Assembly (NCBI RefSeq): GCF_963921235.1
Contig: NC_086097.1
Span: 118,918,001-118,982,000, forward strand
Direction: 5' to 3'
Source of the DNA: Mobula hypostoma
Taxonomy: Eukaryota
DNA length: 64,000 nucleotides
The notes beneath the pieces are model-generated. The model was not told the DNA's origin and searched no databases. It was given only the letters and a program-made list of their open reading frames with translations. Positions 37,269-49,285 of this stretch are shown here, piece after piece. The position numbers and the translations under genes were made by a program. Position 1 is the first letter of the stretch; the number at the start of each line of letters is the position of its first letter.

Positions 37269-39412
37269 TCAAAATGGTTTTTTTCCTCTTATCAGGGGGT
37301 CCCTAGCTTCATTGATTTCCACGCTAACACCGACTAGGTTTGTTAGCATATCAAAAGCCGGTGACCGTCTCAGTTCGCGTCGGTCATGATCAATAACATT
37401 TTTCCCCCTGGGCAGCCGGTAAATCTCTTTCATGATTCCACCAACTGTTTCCTCCAGCACCGCAAAATGTCCACCGGGGGGTTCCTCGTGGGCCATGTTA
37501 AAAACCTCATCCCCATAACTCTTTTGCACCACCCCCCATTCCTCATCTGTGGGTACTGTCCTTGATTTCCCTTTTTTCCTTAGCACTTCCTCCTCCACAC
37601 AATAGTCTACTAGTTCCCTTGTTAAAGCTGTGTCAGAGAGAGCTGTCTCTGCCAAAACCATCAGCCCCTTGTCTTGTTCCTGCGTCTGCACAAATTCTTT
37701 CCCGGCTACTGCTATGTCCGTCCCAGCTCCCTCACTACCTCTTGTCTCACTACACCCCGTCTCATACAAGGTTGGCAGAAACGTTTCAGCTAAATTCACT
37801 ATCACGGGCCCGTGATGAACCTGTGAGTCCATGGGCGGGGCCTCAATGCTGGCAGGCTGACCTGTCAATCTCACGACTGGGAACACGATTCCTCCGGCGA
37901 TGTCATTACCGAGCAAGACTTCCACGTCTTTCATCGGTAATTCGGACCTCACCCCGATCGTGACTAGTCCAGAGACCAGGTTGCTTTGTAAGTGTATCTG
38001 GTGCAAAGGGACTGACTCTGTCCCTTCCCCAACACCTTTGACCTTGACCTCCCCAGTCTGGGTTTCTGAGCTAAACTCTAATACACTCTTCAGTATTAGT
38101 GACTGACACGCTCCCGTGTCTCTCCAGATCCGCACTGGAACTGGTTTTAACCCCACCTTCACTGCCACCAATCCGGCCGAGATAAACCTCTCGCGCCCTT
38201 CCTGGACTTTTTCAGACCTGTCCTTCCCTAGCGGTTCGCTTAACAGCTCAATACAGCCATTCAAAATCGCCGTTTTTCCTTTTCCCATCTCCTTCTTTGG
38301 GGCAAAGCACCTGGACGCAAAGTGTCCGACTTTCCCACAATTATAACAGACGACCCCAGGAGACTTCCTACCAGACTGCTCCCGGTCTACCTTATCCTTC
38401 TCACTAGTCCCTGGCTTACTTTCTGACTTTTCCGGCGGACTCTCCCCGCCGTCCTGACTACCCTTCTGGTAGCCTTTACTTGGGGAAAACTTCATTTTAT
38501 GCGTCAACGCATACTCATCCGCTAACTTAGCAGTTGCGGCTAACGTGGCTGCCTCTTTCTCATCGAGGTAGGGTCTCATACCCTCAGGGACACAACCTTT
38601 AAACTGCTCAATCAGGATCAGTTGTAGCAGTCTGTCATAATCCCCCTCTACCCCCTTTCGAGGCGCACCAACGCTCACAATATGTCTGCATCTCACGGGC
38701 AAACTCCAAATACGTGCGGTCCCACTGCTTCCTCGCATTCCGGAACCTCTGCCGGTATGCCTCTGGGACCAACTCAGAAATCCTGAGGATGGCCTCTTTC
38801 ACCACCTCATACCTCTGGGCATCTTCCGCGGATAAAGCGGAGTAAGCTTCTTGGGCTTTCCCTTTCAGTACACTCTGAAGTAAAACAACCCACTTATCCC
38901 TTGGCCAGTCCTGACTTATAGCCACTTTCTCGAAGTGGAGAAAGTACCGATCCACGTCGGTATCGTCAAATGGGGGAACCAGCCTAACCTCCTGGGTTGC
39001 CCTGAACCCTCCACCTTGGTTCGGCACGAGCCCCTGCTCGGCCCTTATCTTTAACTTCTCCAGCTCAAATTCCCTTTCCCTCTGTTTCCCTCTCTCTTCT
39101 CGCTCCCATTGCCTCTCTTTCTCCTCTCTCTCTAACTGTCTCTCTTCGTGTTCTAACTGCCGTACCCGGAACTCGTGCTCGAGTCTCAGTTTTTCAAGCA
39201 GGTTTTTCAATAGACACCACCCCCAGCTCACCTTGGGGAAACACACCTTTAGATACATAGTGCTCTACAATAGCTCTGTGTATCTCCTCTCTCCTCATTG
39301 TTGACTTCACCTTAGCAAGATTCAACCGTTTGGCCACAGCTATCAATTCCGATTTCCTGGCATCCTCTAATGCCTCCAAGGTCGGCGCCTTTATAAATTC
39401 CTCAGCCTCCAT
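37269..39412 (-). pseudogene. gag (SCAN-related capsid, CCHC knuckle), protease and integrase N-terminal remnant; two frameshifts
   Basis: VPPFDDTDVDRYFLHFEKVA, LVPEAYRQRFR, LILIEQF, CYNCGKVGHFASRC, RDTGACQSLI, VLLGND and MAHEEPPGGHF. Confidence 0.9.
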
Positions 39413-39488
39413 TTCTGCTGTTTGTCTTTTCTTTCTTTCGGGAATTTTAACCCAATCAATTTACTCCGTCCCAAATTTAGCGTTCAAA

Positions 39489-39507
39489 ATCGCGGACGAG
39501 AACCCCA
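39489..39507 (-). promoter_or_regulatory. Primer-binding site, tRNA-Pro-like
   Basis: The minus strand reads TGGGGTTCTCGTCCGCGAT, against the canonical Pro PBS TGGGGGCTCGTCCGGGAT. It lies just inside the 5' LTR. Confidence 0.75.
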
Positions 39508-39511
39508 CTTA

Positions 39512-40379
39512 CGGTACGTACCCCGTAACTGGGTTGCCAAACCAGCAGAAATGGATCACTCAGTTGGAGTCTGGAGTACTAGAACTAAGAAAGTTTTATT
39601 AAAGAAACAAGCAACACAGTAATCGAAAGAATAATAAATGGAACAGTTCAGCGATGCTAAACACACATGTGCGCAGAATTAAGATAACAGCATCAATCAA
39701 GCTCTATCGTTGTCTAGGGGTAAATGACCAAATTTCAAAGTGACTCAAAGTTCAGTCCAGTTTAGTAGTTCAGTTCGCAGTAATCGTTGCCATGGCGATG
39801 GACAACGTGGGGGGAGAGAGAGAGAGAACAGGAACAACTGATCATTCAGACAATGCTTCACTTACAGACCGGCGATATGGCTCACAAGCAGCTTTTGGGC
39901 AGGTCCTTGGTGATGTCACCTGGGGTCACCGACTGTGACCCCTCCTCCAGATGCGGTCGATCCTCTGCAGTGAACCCGGCACCCAGGCAAGGGCGGACAC
40001 ACACCGGGTTCCCGCTGATCGTACCTTTCCACCCTGGTCGTTGTCTGGTACTTCTCACCAACTCGTGAGAGGCGTACCGCTTCCAGGGTCTCGTTACCTC
40101 GGGTGGCGTGTGTGTCCTGTCTTAGCGAACCTGTCCCTTTTTATCCCCCTGCTGGGGCATCGCCTGTCCATCACTTCAAACAGTTCAGGGTTCAAAGGGG
40201 GGAGCCGCTCCAGACAGCTCTCTCTCTCTCCCACGTCCCTTCATTACACATCTCCAGACGCTACTCCATTGTTCCTTATCTCTCCTTCCCCTGAGGGCAG
40301 GTGGCAGACCACTTGTTGATGTCACTGATGCTAACCCAGGCCAGCAAACATCTTAATTTTTATGTGTATTCTCGTCACA
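39512..40379 (-). repeat. 5' LTR of element 1
   Basis: Direct repeat of 35553-36416. Its inner terminus reads CGGTAC instead of TGTTAC. Confidence 0.95.
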
Positions 40380-42474
40380 AGTATAATATTTTGCATCGGT
40401 TACTGACCATTGTAAGATGCACCCAGAGTGTTAGGAAATGGTAGAATTTAAGTAGATCTAATGGAAATGCACAGAAAATAAAATAGGATGGTGATGTTTA
40501 GGATAGATTTGATTGTTGGTGTGAACTCAGTATGTCGAAGAGCCAACTTCTATGCTAGATTCTATGACAATGATCTACTCAATGTGTGAAAGTGGAAAAT
40601 CCTACCATTCAATACACAAAATACTAGCACAATTTCAGTCCCAATTTATAATGCATCTAACTGTAAATCTTACTGCAAGAACTGGCGATCTCATGTGCTA
40701 TGACCTTGATTCACTGCCATGAGTTCTCGTTTACTTAACATTAAGTCATAATAACAGGCCGAAGGGAATTTCAAGCAAGTACTCTATTCAACTCTGTAAA
40801 TGCGAAAGTGTGTATTTTGTGAAAGCTTTTACATCGAAAAGCAAGCAACAAAGTTAAATCTACTCAACAGGCTCATTGCTCTGATTGATCAAAAGTTTTC
40901 CCTCTTTTGACTTCTCTGACACCTTTACTAAATCACTGCTGAAGGTTAAATAAGAACATTTCTTAACACAGAGGGGGAGAAAACAGCTTCCCATCTTCAT
41001 CCAATAATGTGTCAAACACTGCCGATCTGTTAAAACAAATAAGGTCGGAGACGGCAACAGTAATTGCATCGGAAAAAGTGGCTCTGTGAACTGTCAGACA
41101 GTTTCTTATGTGATTGCAAAGTAGAAATTGGTGTTGATTTGCATCAGGGTCTCTCACTACACGGAGAGGACACTCCTGTGTCTCATGATGTCTGCATGAC
41201 ATCCTCGACTAATATTTTAAAGAAATTATTTCGAAGTTCTAATTCATTATGAATTACGCACATGTTGTCGTTTACTACCTTGAGTAGCATTTTTTGCAGG
41301 CATTTAGAGGAAGATAAAGAAATACAGTAGAATTTATCAAAAACTATACTTAACAAAGACTGATGAACAACCAATGTGCAAAAGATGACAAATCATGCGA
41401 ATAATAAATGGATGGAACTGAGAATGTGAGTTGCAGTGTCCTTGAAGGAGAGTTCATAGATTGTGGAGTCAGCTCAGTACTGAGGTGAGTGAAGCTATCC
41501 ACACTGATTCAGGAGCCTGATAGTTGTAGGGTATCAACTACAACAGTTAAAACTGTTCCCAATCCTGTGGTGTGGGCCTAAGGCTCCTGTACCTCCTTTC
41601 CGATGTTGTAATACTGTGAAGCAAGCACGGTTGGATAATGGATGCTAAGCACTACAAGTAAATGTATTCAATGATGGGGAGGGATTTGCCTGTTATGTTC
41701 TGGTTTATATCCACCATTTTTTGTAATGATATACAATGGTTATAAAATATGATGATCAGCAAAAGAGCTTTAAAAATTCTACAGCATATCTTTGCATGAA
41801 TAGTGTGAAAAATAATTTGATAGAAGAAACGAAGCTTGATATGTCTAGACTTGCCAATTGATCTGCCAGTTCTGTACTGAGTGACTAGTTTTTATTTCGA
41901 GTCTTCCTGAAACAATTTCAGATCCTGTTTTCTTTCTAATTCACCTAATTAAGTATCACTTAAGTTGTAACATGGATAAGTTAGTGTGCTACATATGGTG
42001 GTTCGCAAGAACTATCTGCCACATTCACCACCATTCAAATTGTGGCCCTTTGATAATTAAACAATAATTGCATATAAACCTGATCCTTTAACTCGCACTG
42101 GTGCTTTGCTCTGTATATACTTAAGTGAAGAATATTGAAAATTTTATCTTTAAATTTAGACAATTGGTTGAAAAAGAACAGTGAAGCAAAAGTGTATATT
42201 TTACAACCTAAGGACAAATATCAGTGATCAAAGTCCTCTGTAGTTCACCAGGATTAGCTGATTCTGATGTCATGGGGTGCTGTTAACAAGGCAAGTGACC
42301 AATGTTTGGTGTTGTGCTGGTGAGATTATCTCTGGCATTTTACTCAGCCCAAACGATATCCTGTTCCTTTCTAGGCCCTAAGTCTCTACACACATTTCAA
42401 AGGTGCATTTGTCTAGTATCTACTCCTTGAAAGGTTTAATGAGAATTCCTACAAATATTAACAACTCAGCTAGA

Positions 42475-43013
42475 TATAGTCATAGTCATAGTCATAGTCA
42501 TACTTTATTGAATCCGGGGGAAATTGGTTTTCGTTACAGTTGCACAATAAATAATTAAATAGTAATAAAACCATAAATAATTAAATAGTAATATGTAAAT
42601 TATGCCAGGAAATAAATCCAGGACCAGCCTATTGGCTCAGGGTGTCTGACCATCCAGGGGAGGAGATGTAAAGTTTGATGGCCACAGGCAGGAATGACTT
42701 ACTATGACGCTCTGCATTGCATCTCGGTGGAATGAGTCTCTGGCTGAATGTACTCCTGTGCTCATCCAGTAGATTACGTAGTGGATGGGAGACATTGTCC
42801 AAGATGGCATGCAACTTGGACAGCATCCTCTTTTCAGACACCACCGTCAGTGAGTCCAGTTCCATCCCCACAACATCACTGGCCTTACGAATGAGTTTGT
42901 TGATTCTATTGGTGCCTGCTACCCTCAGCCTGCTGCCCCAGCACACAACAGCAAACATGATCGCACTGGCCATCCCAGACTCGTAGAACATCCTCAGCAT
43001 CGTCCGACAGATG
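42475..43013 (-). mobile_element. Rex1-like LINE 3' end with (CATAGT)n tail
   Basis: ORF 42629..43051 reads MLRMFYES...FAVVCWG...ILDNVSHPL...SFLPVAIKLY. Confidence 0.85.
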
Positions 43014-43271
43014 ACAGACAGAAGACACGCAACTTGACTCATGTGAGTCAATGCTAAAGATTTAAGACATAAAGATAAAACCAGAAAAGAGAAGCGTCTC
43101 TAAATTAACTACTTGAAAATTTCAAAACTATTTTAAAAAAATACTAAAGGGCAACATTGTCGAAATTCACAGGGATTGCAGAGCTCTGTAAAAAATGGTT
43201 ATTTTACCCTGGAGAGAGTTGTGTAACTGTATGGTTGCAGAACTACAAATCAAATAATCTGAACAGTTTTA

Positions 43272-43820
43272 TACTCAGTTGCAACTTTGTTAAATACACC
43301 TGTACACCTGCTCAGTGCAAAATTCTCATCATGTGGCAGAAACTCAATGCATAAGAGCAAGCAGACATGGTTAAGAGTTTGGACTGTTGTTCATACCAAA
43401 CAGCAGAATGGAGTAGAAATGGCAAGAATTGGAGCAGAATGGAGTTAAAAATAAACCAGGACTGCGTGTCCTCATAATCTAATCTAATCTAAAATGTGAC
43501 TTAAGTGATTTTGACCATGGAGCCAGGTGGAGTTCATTTGAGTTTCTTAGAAATTACTGATTTCCTGGAATTCTCACACACATCATTCTCTAGAGTTTGC
43601 AGAGAAGATATGAAATCAAAAAAAAAAATCATCCAGTGAATGCTAGTTGTACAGGCGACATGCCTTGTTAATGAGAGAGGTCAAAGAAGAATTGTCGGAC
43701 TGAATCAAGTTGACAGAAAGGCAATAGTAGCTCAAATAGCCAAACATGGTATGCAGAAGATTTCTGAAATCACATGTTGAACCTTGAAGGGGATGGGCTA
43801 CTGCAGAAGAAGACCACAAG
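43272..43820 (+). mobile_element. Tc1-like DNA transposon remnant
   Basis: Similar along its length to 44405-44992, including ccttgttaatgagagaggtcaaagaagaat. Confidence 0.6.
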
Positions 43821-44404
43821 AGTATTGCCTCAAAATAATGCCAATAATCCAAATCAGAATCAAAATTAAAGTTAATATCATGGACATATATCATGATATT
43901 TGTTATTTTTCATCAGCAGTACAGTGCAATACATTAAAAATACTATATATTTGAATAAGAAGTATATTTTAAGAAATTTAATTTAAATAAGCAGTGGAAA
44001 AGAGAGCAAAAAATAGTGAGGTATTTTTCATGGGATGTTCATTGTTCGATCAGAAACCTAAAGGTGGAGGGGAAGAAGATGTTTCTAAAATGTTGAGTGC
44101 GTGTGTGTTCAAGTTTCTGTACCTCCTTTCTGATGTTAGTAATAAGAAGAGAGCATGTCCTGGGTGATGGCTGTCCTTAATAATGAAGATCATTAAATCT
44201 CCAGAATGCGATCTGATTTACTTGAAAGCTGTATAAAGTGGGATCAAGATCTCATTAAAGTGGAATAATACTCTAAGTCTGTTGTCAGGACACAAAGCTT
44301 TGACTTGACATTTATTTCCGATGATGGTTTAAATAAATGATATTGATTCATTTGACTAGGTCACCACTGATTTTCATTACCAAGTGTGCTACAGTGAAAT
44401 AAAC

Positions 44405-44992
44405 ACACATTAACTAACCATTTTATTAGGTACGTCTGCACACCTCATCATTGATGAAAATATATAATCAGCCAATCATGTGGCAACAACTCAATACATA
44501 AAAGCATGCAGACAGCTTTGTGGGCTGAAGGGCCTGCAATGTGCTGTAGATTTTTCTATGTTATGATTAAGAGGTTCAGTTGTTTTTCACACCAAGCATC
44601 TGAATGGGGAGGAAATGTGACCAAAGTGACTTTAACTGTGGAATGTTTATTGGTGCTGCATGAAATGGTTTGAGTATCAAAGAAACTGCTGATTTCCTAC
44701 AATTTTCACTCTCAGCTGTCCCTAGAGTTTACAGAGAATGGTGTGAAACGAAAAGCGTCCAGTGAGTGACAGATCTGTGGGCAATAACACCTTGTTAATG
44801 AGAGAAGTCAAAAGAGAATGGTCAGAATGTTTCAAGCTGACAAGAATGCGACAGTAATCTAAATAAACACACACTCCACCAGTGGTGTGCAGAAGAGCAT
44901 CCCAGAATGCACAACATTTCAAACTTTGAAATTGATTGCGAACAGAAACAGAGGACCACGAACATACACACAGTGGCCACTTTGTGTAGGTC
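44405..44992 (+). mobile_element. Tc1-like DNA transposon remnant (transposase N-terminal HTH)
   Basis: Translates ...QKRMVRMFQADKNATV...GVQKSIPECTTFQTLKLI...RGPR, resembling a Tc1 transposase DNA-binding region. Confidence 0.65.
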
Positions 44993-45228
44993 GGATGACG
45001 AGGCAGAAATTGACTACGAAATTGTATGGGAGCATGAGCCACTGGAATTCGGACCATGTTGGTGTCAATTTGGCCTTATGCTTCAATTAAAAATTGCATC
45101 TACATTGTAACCAAATGCTGATTCATAGATCAACATACTGTGTACAGGAATTGGAATGTTTTTTTGAAGTAGTGTAAGACATTAGTGAAGTCTAATTTGG
45201 AGTATTAATGTGCAGTTCTAGTCACCTA

Positions 45229-45754
45229 CAGGACTGTGCAAAAGTCTTAGGCACATATATATAGCTAGGGTTCCTGAGACTTTTGCATAGCATTTGGCAA
45301 AGCGGAGCGGACAGGCAGTCTGTAAATCTGGCGGGAGCAAAGGATATTGGCAATGATGAGGGTGGAGCATCATAGAGGGGTGTCAAACAGGTAGCAGAGA
45401 AATGAGCACCAGGGGCTGGGGTGGCTCGGATGCAGGCACACTCAGCCCTGAGAAACCAGGCAAGGTCACTTGATTCCAAACAATTGGTTTATTGGTAATT
45501 ACAGAATGTCTCTCTGGTGCTTCCCGCTACCTCCCCTCTCCCTTCCTCCTTTTGCCAACCATAAATCCCTTCTCCTTGGCCCCTTCCCACTCTCAGTCCA
45601 CAATCGAGACCCTTATCAGAATCAGGTTTATCATCACCCATGTCATGATTTTTTGCAGCAGCAGCAGTAGTACAGTGCAATACAGAAAATTACTATTGTG
45701 CAAAAGTCTTAGACATCCTAGCTATATACATGTGCCTAAGACTTTTGCACAGTA
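45229..45754. mobile_element. Tc1/mariner-type MITE with compound (self-palindromic) termini
   Basis: actgtgcaaaagtcttaggcacatatatatagctagg at the left is the inverted counterpart of cctagctatatacatgtgcctaagacttttgcacagt at the right. The left end is preceded by TA. Confidence 0.8.
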
Positions 45755-45769
45755 GGATAGATATCAGTA

Positions 45770-46472
45770 TGTAGCCCCCCTGGCCAGCCTCAGGGTCGCT
45801 CGGCTCGCTGTCGTCTAGGGAAACAGCCCTCGGCCCTGCCAAACTGGGTAATTAGTTTGTGTGGCTGCTGTGTGATGCACCCCACCCTGCCCAAATAACA
45901 GACAATACACCAGATACGATCAAATGCTTTACAGTTTATTGATATTACTGGAACTATATAATTAACAGAGAGTAAAATATAAATGGAAAATAAAGGGCGC
46001 CACAATTATCAAAGTTCAATCTCTTCGTGCACAAACAGTTGGAGCTTAGGACCCTTCTTCTTCACCTGGCGACCCCTCGAACTACCTCAACCGGCCGTCT
46101 GGGACCAACAACGGTGGTCGACCAGACACTCCACACGAGTCTGTCTCCGTCTCCTCTCCTCGCTGAACGCCCCGCTCGGGGTCCGACCTCGTTAGTGGAC
46201 TTATAGCACCTGGTCCATCCTTTGTCTCTCTCTCCCGCCTTCTCCCCCAAAACCCCACGCAAACAATATCTTCAGACACACCAAAAGCATAACAATTATC
46301 GCAGTTGGTTCATTCGTAACGTCTTCTTATCACAGTCTAACCCAAAACAAGCTGCTAGCACAAGAACTTTCTCAGCGTTTAACATAACAAAGAAGCATTC
46401 CCAAGTATAACATAACAAAGAAGCCATTTTAATTAGCCTACACAGTAACATAAAAGACGAAACACCCTTACA
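45770..46472 (-). repeat. 3' LTR of element 2
   Basis: Direct repeat of 49286-49987. Confidence 0.95.
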
Positions 46473-46959
46473 CTCTCCCCCCTGCCAAACAAAGTCATGT
46501 CCTCATGACTTCCAAATAACTCGCTAACCAGTCCTGCAGACACACAACACACACAGTGACAGCGCCCCCCAAACAGTGGACCTTACGCCCGTCCCACGGG
46601 CGCTACATAGACCAACGTATCTGGGAGCTTCCTAATCCTCCGAGACATCCGTACCACCTCACCTAAACCCTAAAGGCTCAGACACTACTAGGGATACCTC
46701 GGGCCTGCCTGCCAACTCCTCTCTCACTCAGGCCACCATTACAGCTCAGAGCCCCCTGTCCCGTGTCCGGGGCCCCGCCTCTCCTCCTTCCTGATCCTGC
46801 CGTAACTCAGACTGCCCACAGCTAGCCCTCCCCACTACACCCGACTCAGTGGGAGAAGAGCCAAAGGTCTCTTCCTCAATCACGGGGAAGTTAGTGAAAG
46901 GCAGCATGTTCCACATGTGCAGCACATCATCCTTCGAATCCGTATCCTTCCTCATTCCC

Positions 46960-47775
46960 TCGATCGGTAGCTGCTATTTGAGTTTCTCCACACTGAAACA
47001 TTTAGCCGGGGCTACCCCTTCAGCCTCCTGCAGTCGAGACGTCAGCTTCTTCGGGGACTCCTTCAACTCTCGCCACAGCCTCAGCAGTTCTGACTCAGGG
47101 TTCCCGGCCATCTCAGTCTGGGATGCAGTTACCCCACCAGCTTCTTCCACCCTGACCTGAAAAGCAGCAGTTAAAGAACGTTCAGCCTCCGGTTGTTTCT
47201 TCCTGATGACGTCTTCCAGGTCAACTTTCAGTTTTTCCACTTCATTTAAACTGTTGATAGTCATCTTCAGATTCCTTTCAAGCGTCTGCCTCCCTTTTCG
47301 GAGATCTGCCCTCCATTTCTTCACCTCCTCGAGAGTGTAGTCAAACTCCCCTCCCTGGGCTCTCGGTTTTCTGTTGTCCCTAGTCAGAACACTTCCTTGA
47401 TCTTCCCCAACTTGTAAGTCTTCCAATCTTTTCTGGATCGACGTCTTGAGTTTCGCTGATCCCTTCGAAGGGGGGTCATTGTTTTGTCTCGCTGGATTAA
47501 TTCATCAGTACACGACCGCAGTGTCAGCTCGAATTCCGTTGCTCCTTCTCCACATTGACGACTGTGAATTCCAAGTCTGCAATGGTCGTCCCACAAGTGC
47601 GGCATTCAGTCTCCGGCCGGCATTTCTGAGCACTCAGTTCAGTGGTACAAATCCCCTCTCTCCCCTGTGTCTCATTCAGATTGACGACCTGGGTTTCCAT
47701 TCCCAGGTCCACCACCGTCTGCTCCAACACCAGGAAGTTCAATTGGTATGTTGGGTCATTTTTCTCACATTGCAC
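46960..47775 (-). pseudogene. Captured sarcomeric myosin heavy-chain rod fragment (MYH16/MYH7B-like), intron-less, frameshifted and internally deleted
   Basis: Consecutive peptides [102 protein letters not shown] and KKLTSRLQEAE..AKCFSVEKLK follow the order of the myosin II rod as I recall it. Confidence 0.82.
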
Positions 47776-47799
47776 CAAACTCCTCCGGCCAAAAACTCC

Positions 47800-49010
47800 T
47801 CCACATTTGACACTGTGCTTCTTTCGCCCAGGCTCAGCCACTCGCCTCACCTCATAGTCCCCCCAGGCGAATCCAAGCTCTAGGCGGTCATCCACATACG
47901 CCAAAACTCCACACACCTTCACTTCCCCCATGGTCTTCCTCATGCCCCGCAGGAAGGATGCAGGGGCTCCAGATATGCCCTTGGGCATCTTTTTGGATCG
48001 GAAGAATCCTAGGGAACTAATAACGGCCATCTTCTCCTCATCAGCTGCACTCCTCGGGATCTGGCAACATCCACTCCTCAGATCCCGCACATTAAACCAC
48101 GTTGCATAATCCGCGCACACGCTGCCTAGGTCTTCCACGGCGCCAGGGTCCAGTCACCGTGACCTCTCTCTCACTGAGGTGTCTTCAGCGGTCAAGTCCC
48201 CTCCCTTGTAGTAGTTCGGAGCTTCTACTAAGAGGGTCTCACCCTCAGCTACTTTCCCCAGACCGTACCACCGCTGGGTCTCGCTTAAATTTGGTACCGG
48301 CTCAAGGCTGCTACACACGTCCTCAGAAGCAACTCGACATGCTGGGTGCCCAGACAATGCCTCCATGAACTCCAGGGCCGTTGACCAATCATCGTCTTCT
48401 GGATAGCTACTGGCACTGGTACCCAAAATCTCCGGTGCCCTTGCGGTTTTCAAGGGTAAATGCTTCAGACACCGGTTGTAAAACGAACTGTACAACAACT
48501 TGACCTGCGCCCCGGGGTCGAGGATGGCTTTAGCATCGCTTCCCTCTATCCATAACAACACCCTGGGGCGTGGTCCCTCTAAGCCTTCAGGAATAGGGTC
48601 TTTTCCTTTTGGAAGTTCATTGGTACATTGCTGGGAACGTACTTCCCCAGAGACCCCAAGTCATTCCCCCACTGGGCCTCCGCTAAGTTTCTGGACACCT
48701 GTCTGATCAGCTGAACAACTGAAGGATGGGCTGATCCCCTGAAATGATCCCCCTAACACTGCAAGCAATTTAGCTGCCCTCCTAGCCAGAGAAGACACCC
48801 TTAAAACTTTCCCCCATCTTTAAAATAACTGACAGCTGTCACTACAGTGTAATTGAACATGACAACTCTAACACCGTCACCAGCCCGCCTACTTAAACTT
48901 TCAACCAGTCCCTGGCGCTCTCCCTCAACCGAGCACTGCCACTCAACTAACAACTGAGAGATCCGCTCCACCCATGTCTTGCATGCCTCCGCCCCTCTTG
49001 GGGTGGACAT
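47800..49010 (-). pseudogene. Abridged gag (PNMA-like), protease and RT remnants of element 2
   Basis: Gag: [28 protein letters not shown]. Protease: [25 protein letters not shown]...[12 protein letters not shown]...LAYVDD. Confidence 0.88.
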
Positions 49011-49262
49011 TATCCCAAACGCCAGGCAGAGTCTGCCAGAGCTAACATTTATTCGCAGACACTACCTCCAAATTAGACCACTCTTTCCTCTCTCTCCCAA
49101 CAGCATGGACAGCCCCGAGTTCCACCTCCGACTCGACAATGCCAGCCTGAACTCGAACAAAGACCTCACCCACCACGCATGCAGCAATAACCAGCAAACA
49201 TCCCACAGAGACACACATTACTGATTTAAACAGGGCCACCACACAGCATACCAGTAAATCCA

Positions 49263-49280
49263 ATCCCGGACAAAAGCCCA
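49263..49280 (-). promoter_or_regulatory. Primer-binding site, tRNA-Pro-like
   Basis: The minus strand reads TGGGCTTTTGTCCGGGAT, 5 nt inside the 5' LTR. Confidence 0.65.
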
Positions 49281-49285
49281 TACAA

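Larger units (their letters stand above)
35553..40379 (-). mobile_element. Non-autonomous Gmr1-like Ty3/Gypsy LTR retrotransposon, both LTRs, TSD AGTA
   Basis: LTRs are at 35553-36416 and 39512-40379 with outer TG...CA ends. AGTA is at 35549-35552 and 40380-40383. A PBS and PPT are present, along with gag-PR and INT-then-RT remnants. Confidence 0.95.

Noticed and set aside
39050..39190. Glu/Arg-rich coiled coil in element 1 as a second captured gene
   Set aside because: Such low-complexity coiled coils are a normal part of Gmr1-like gag upstream of the capsid region.
46974..47426. A genuine host myosin gene or exon
   Set aside because: It lies between two LTRs with a TSD, lacks introns and a motor domain, and is frameshifted and internally deleted. 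It is treated as captured cargo.
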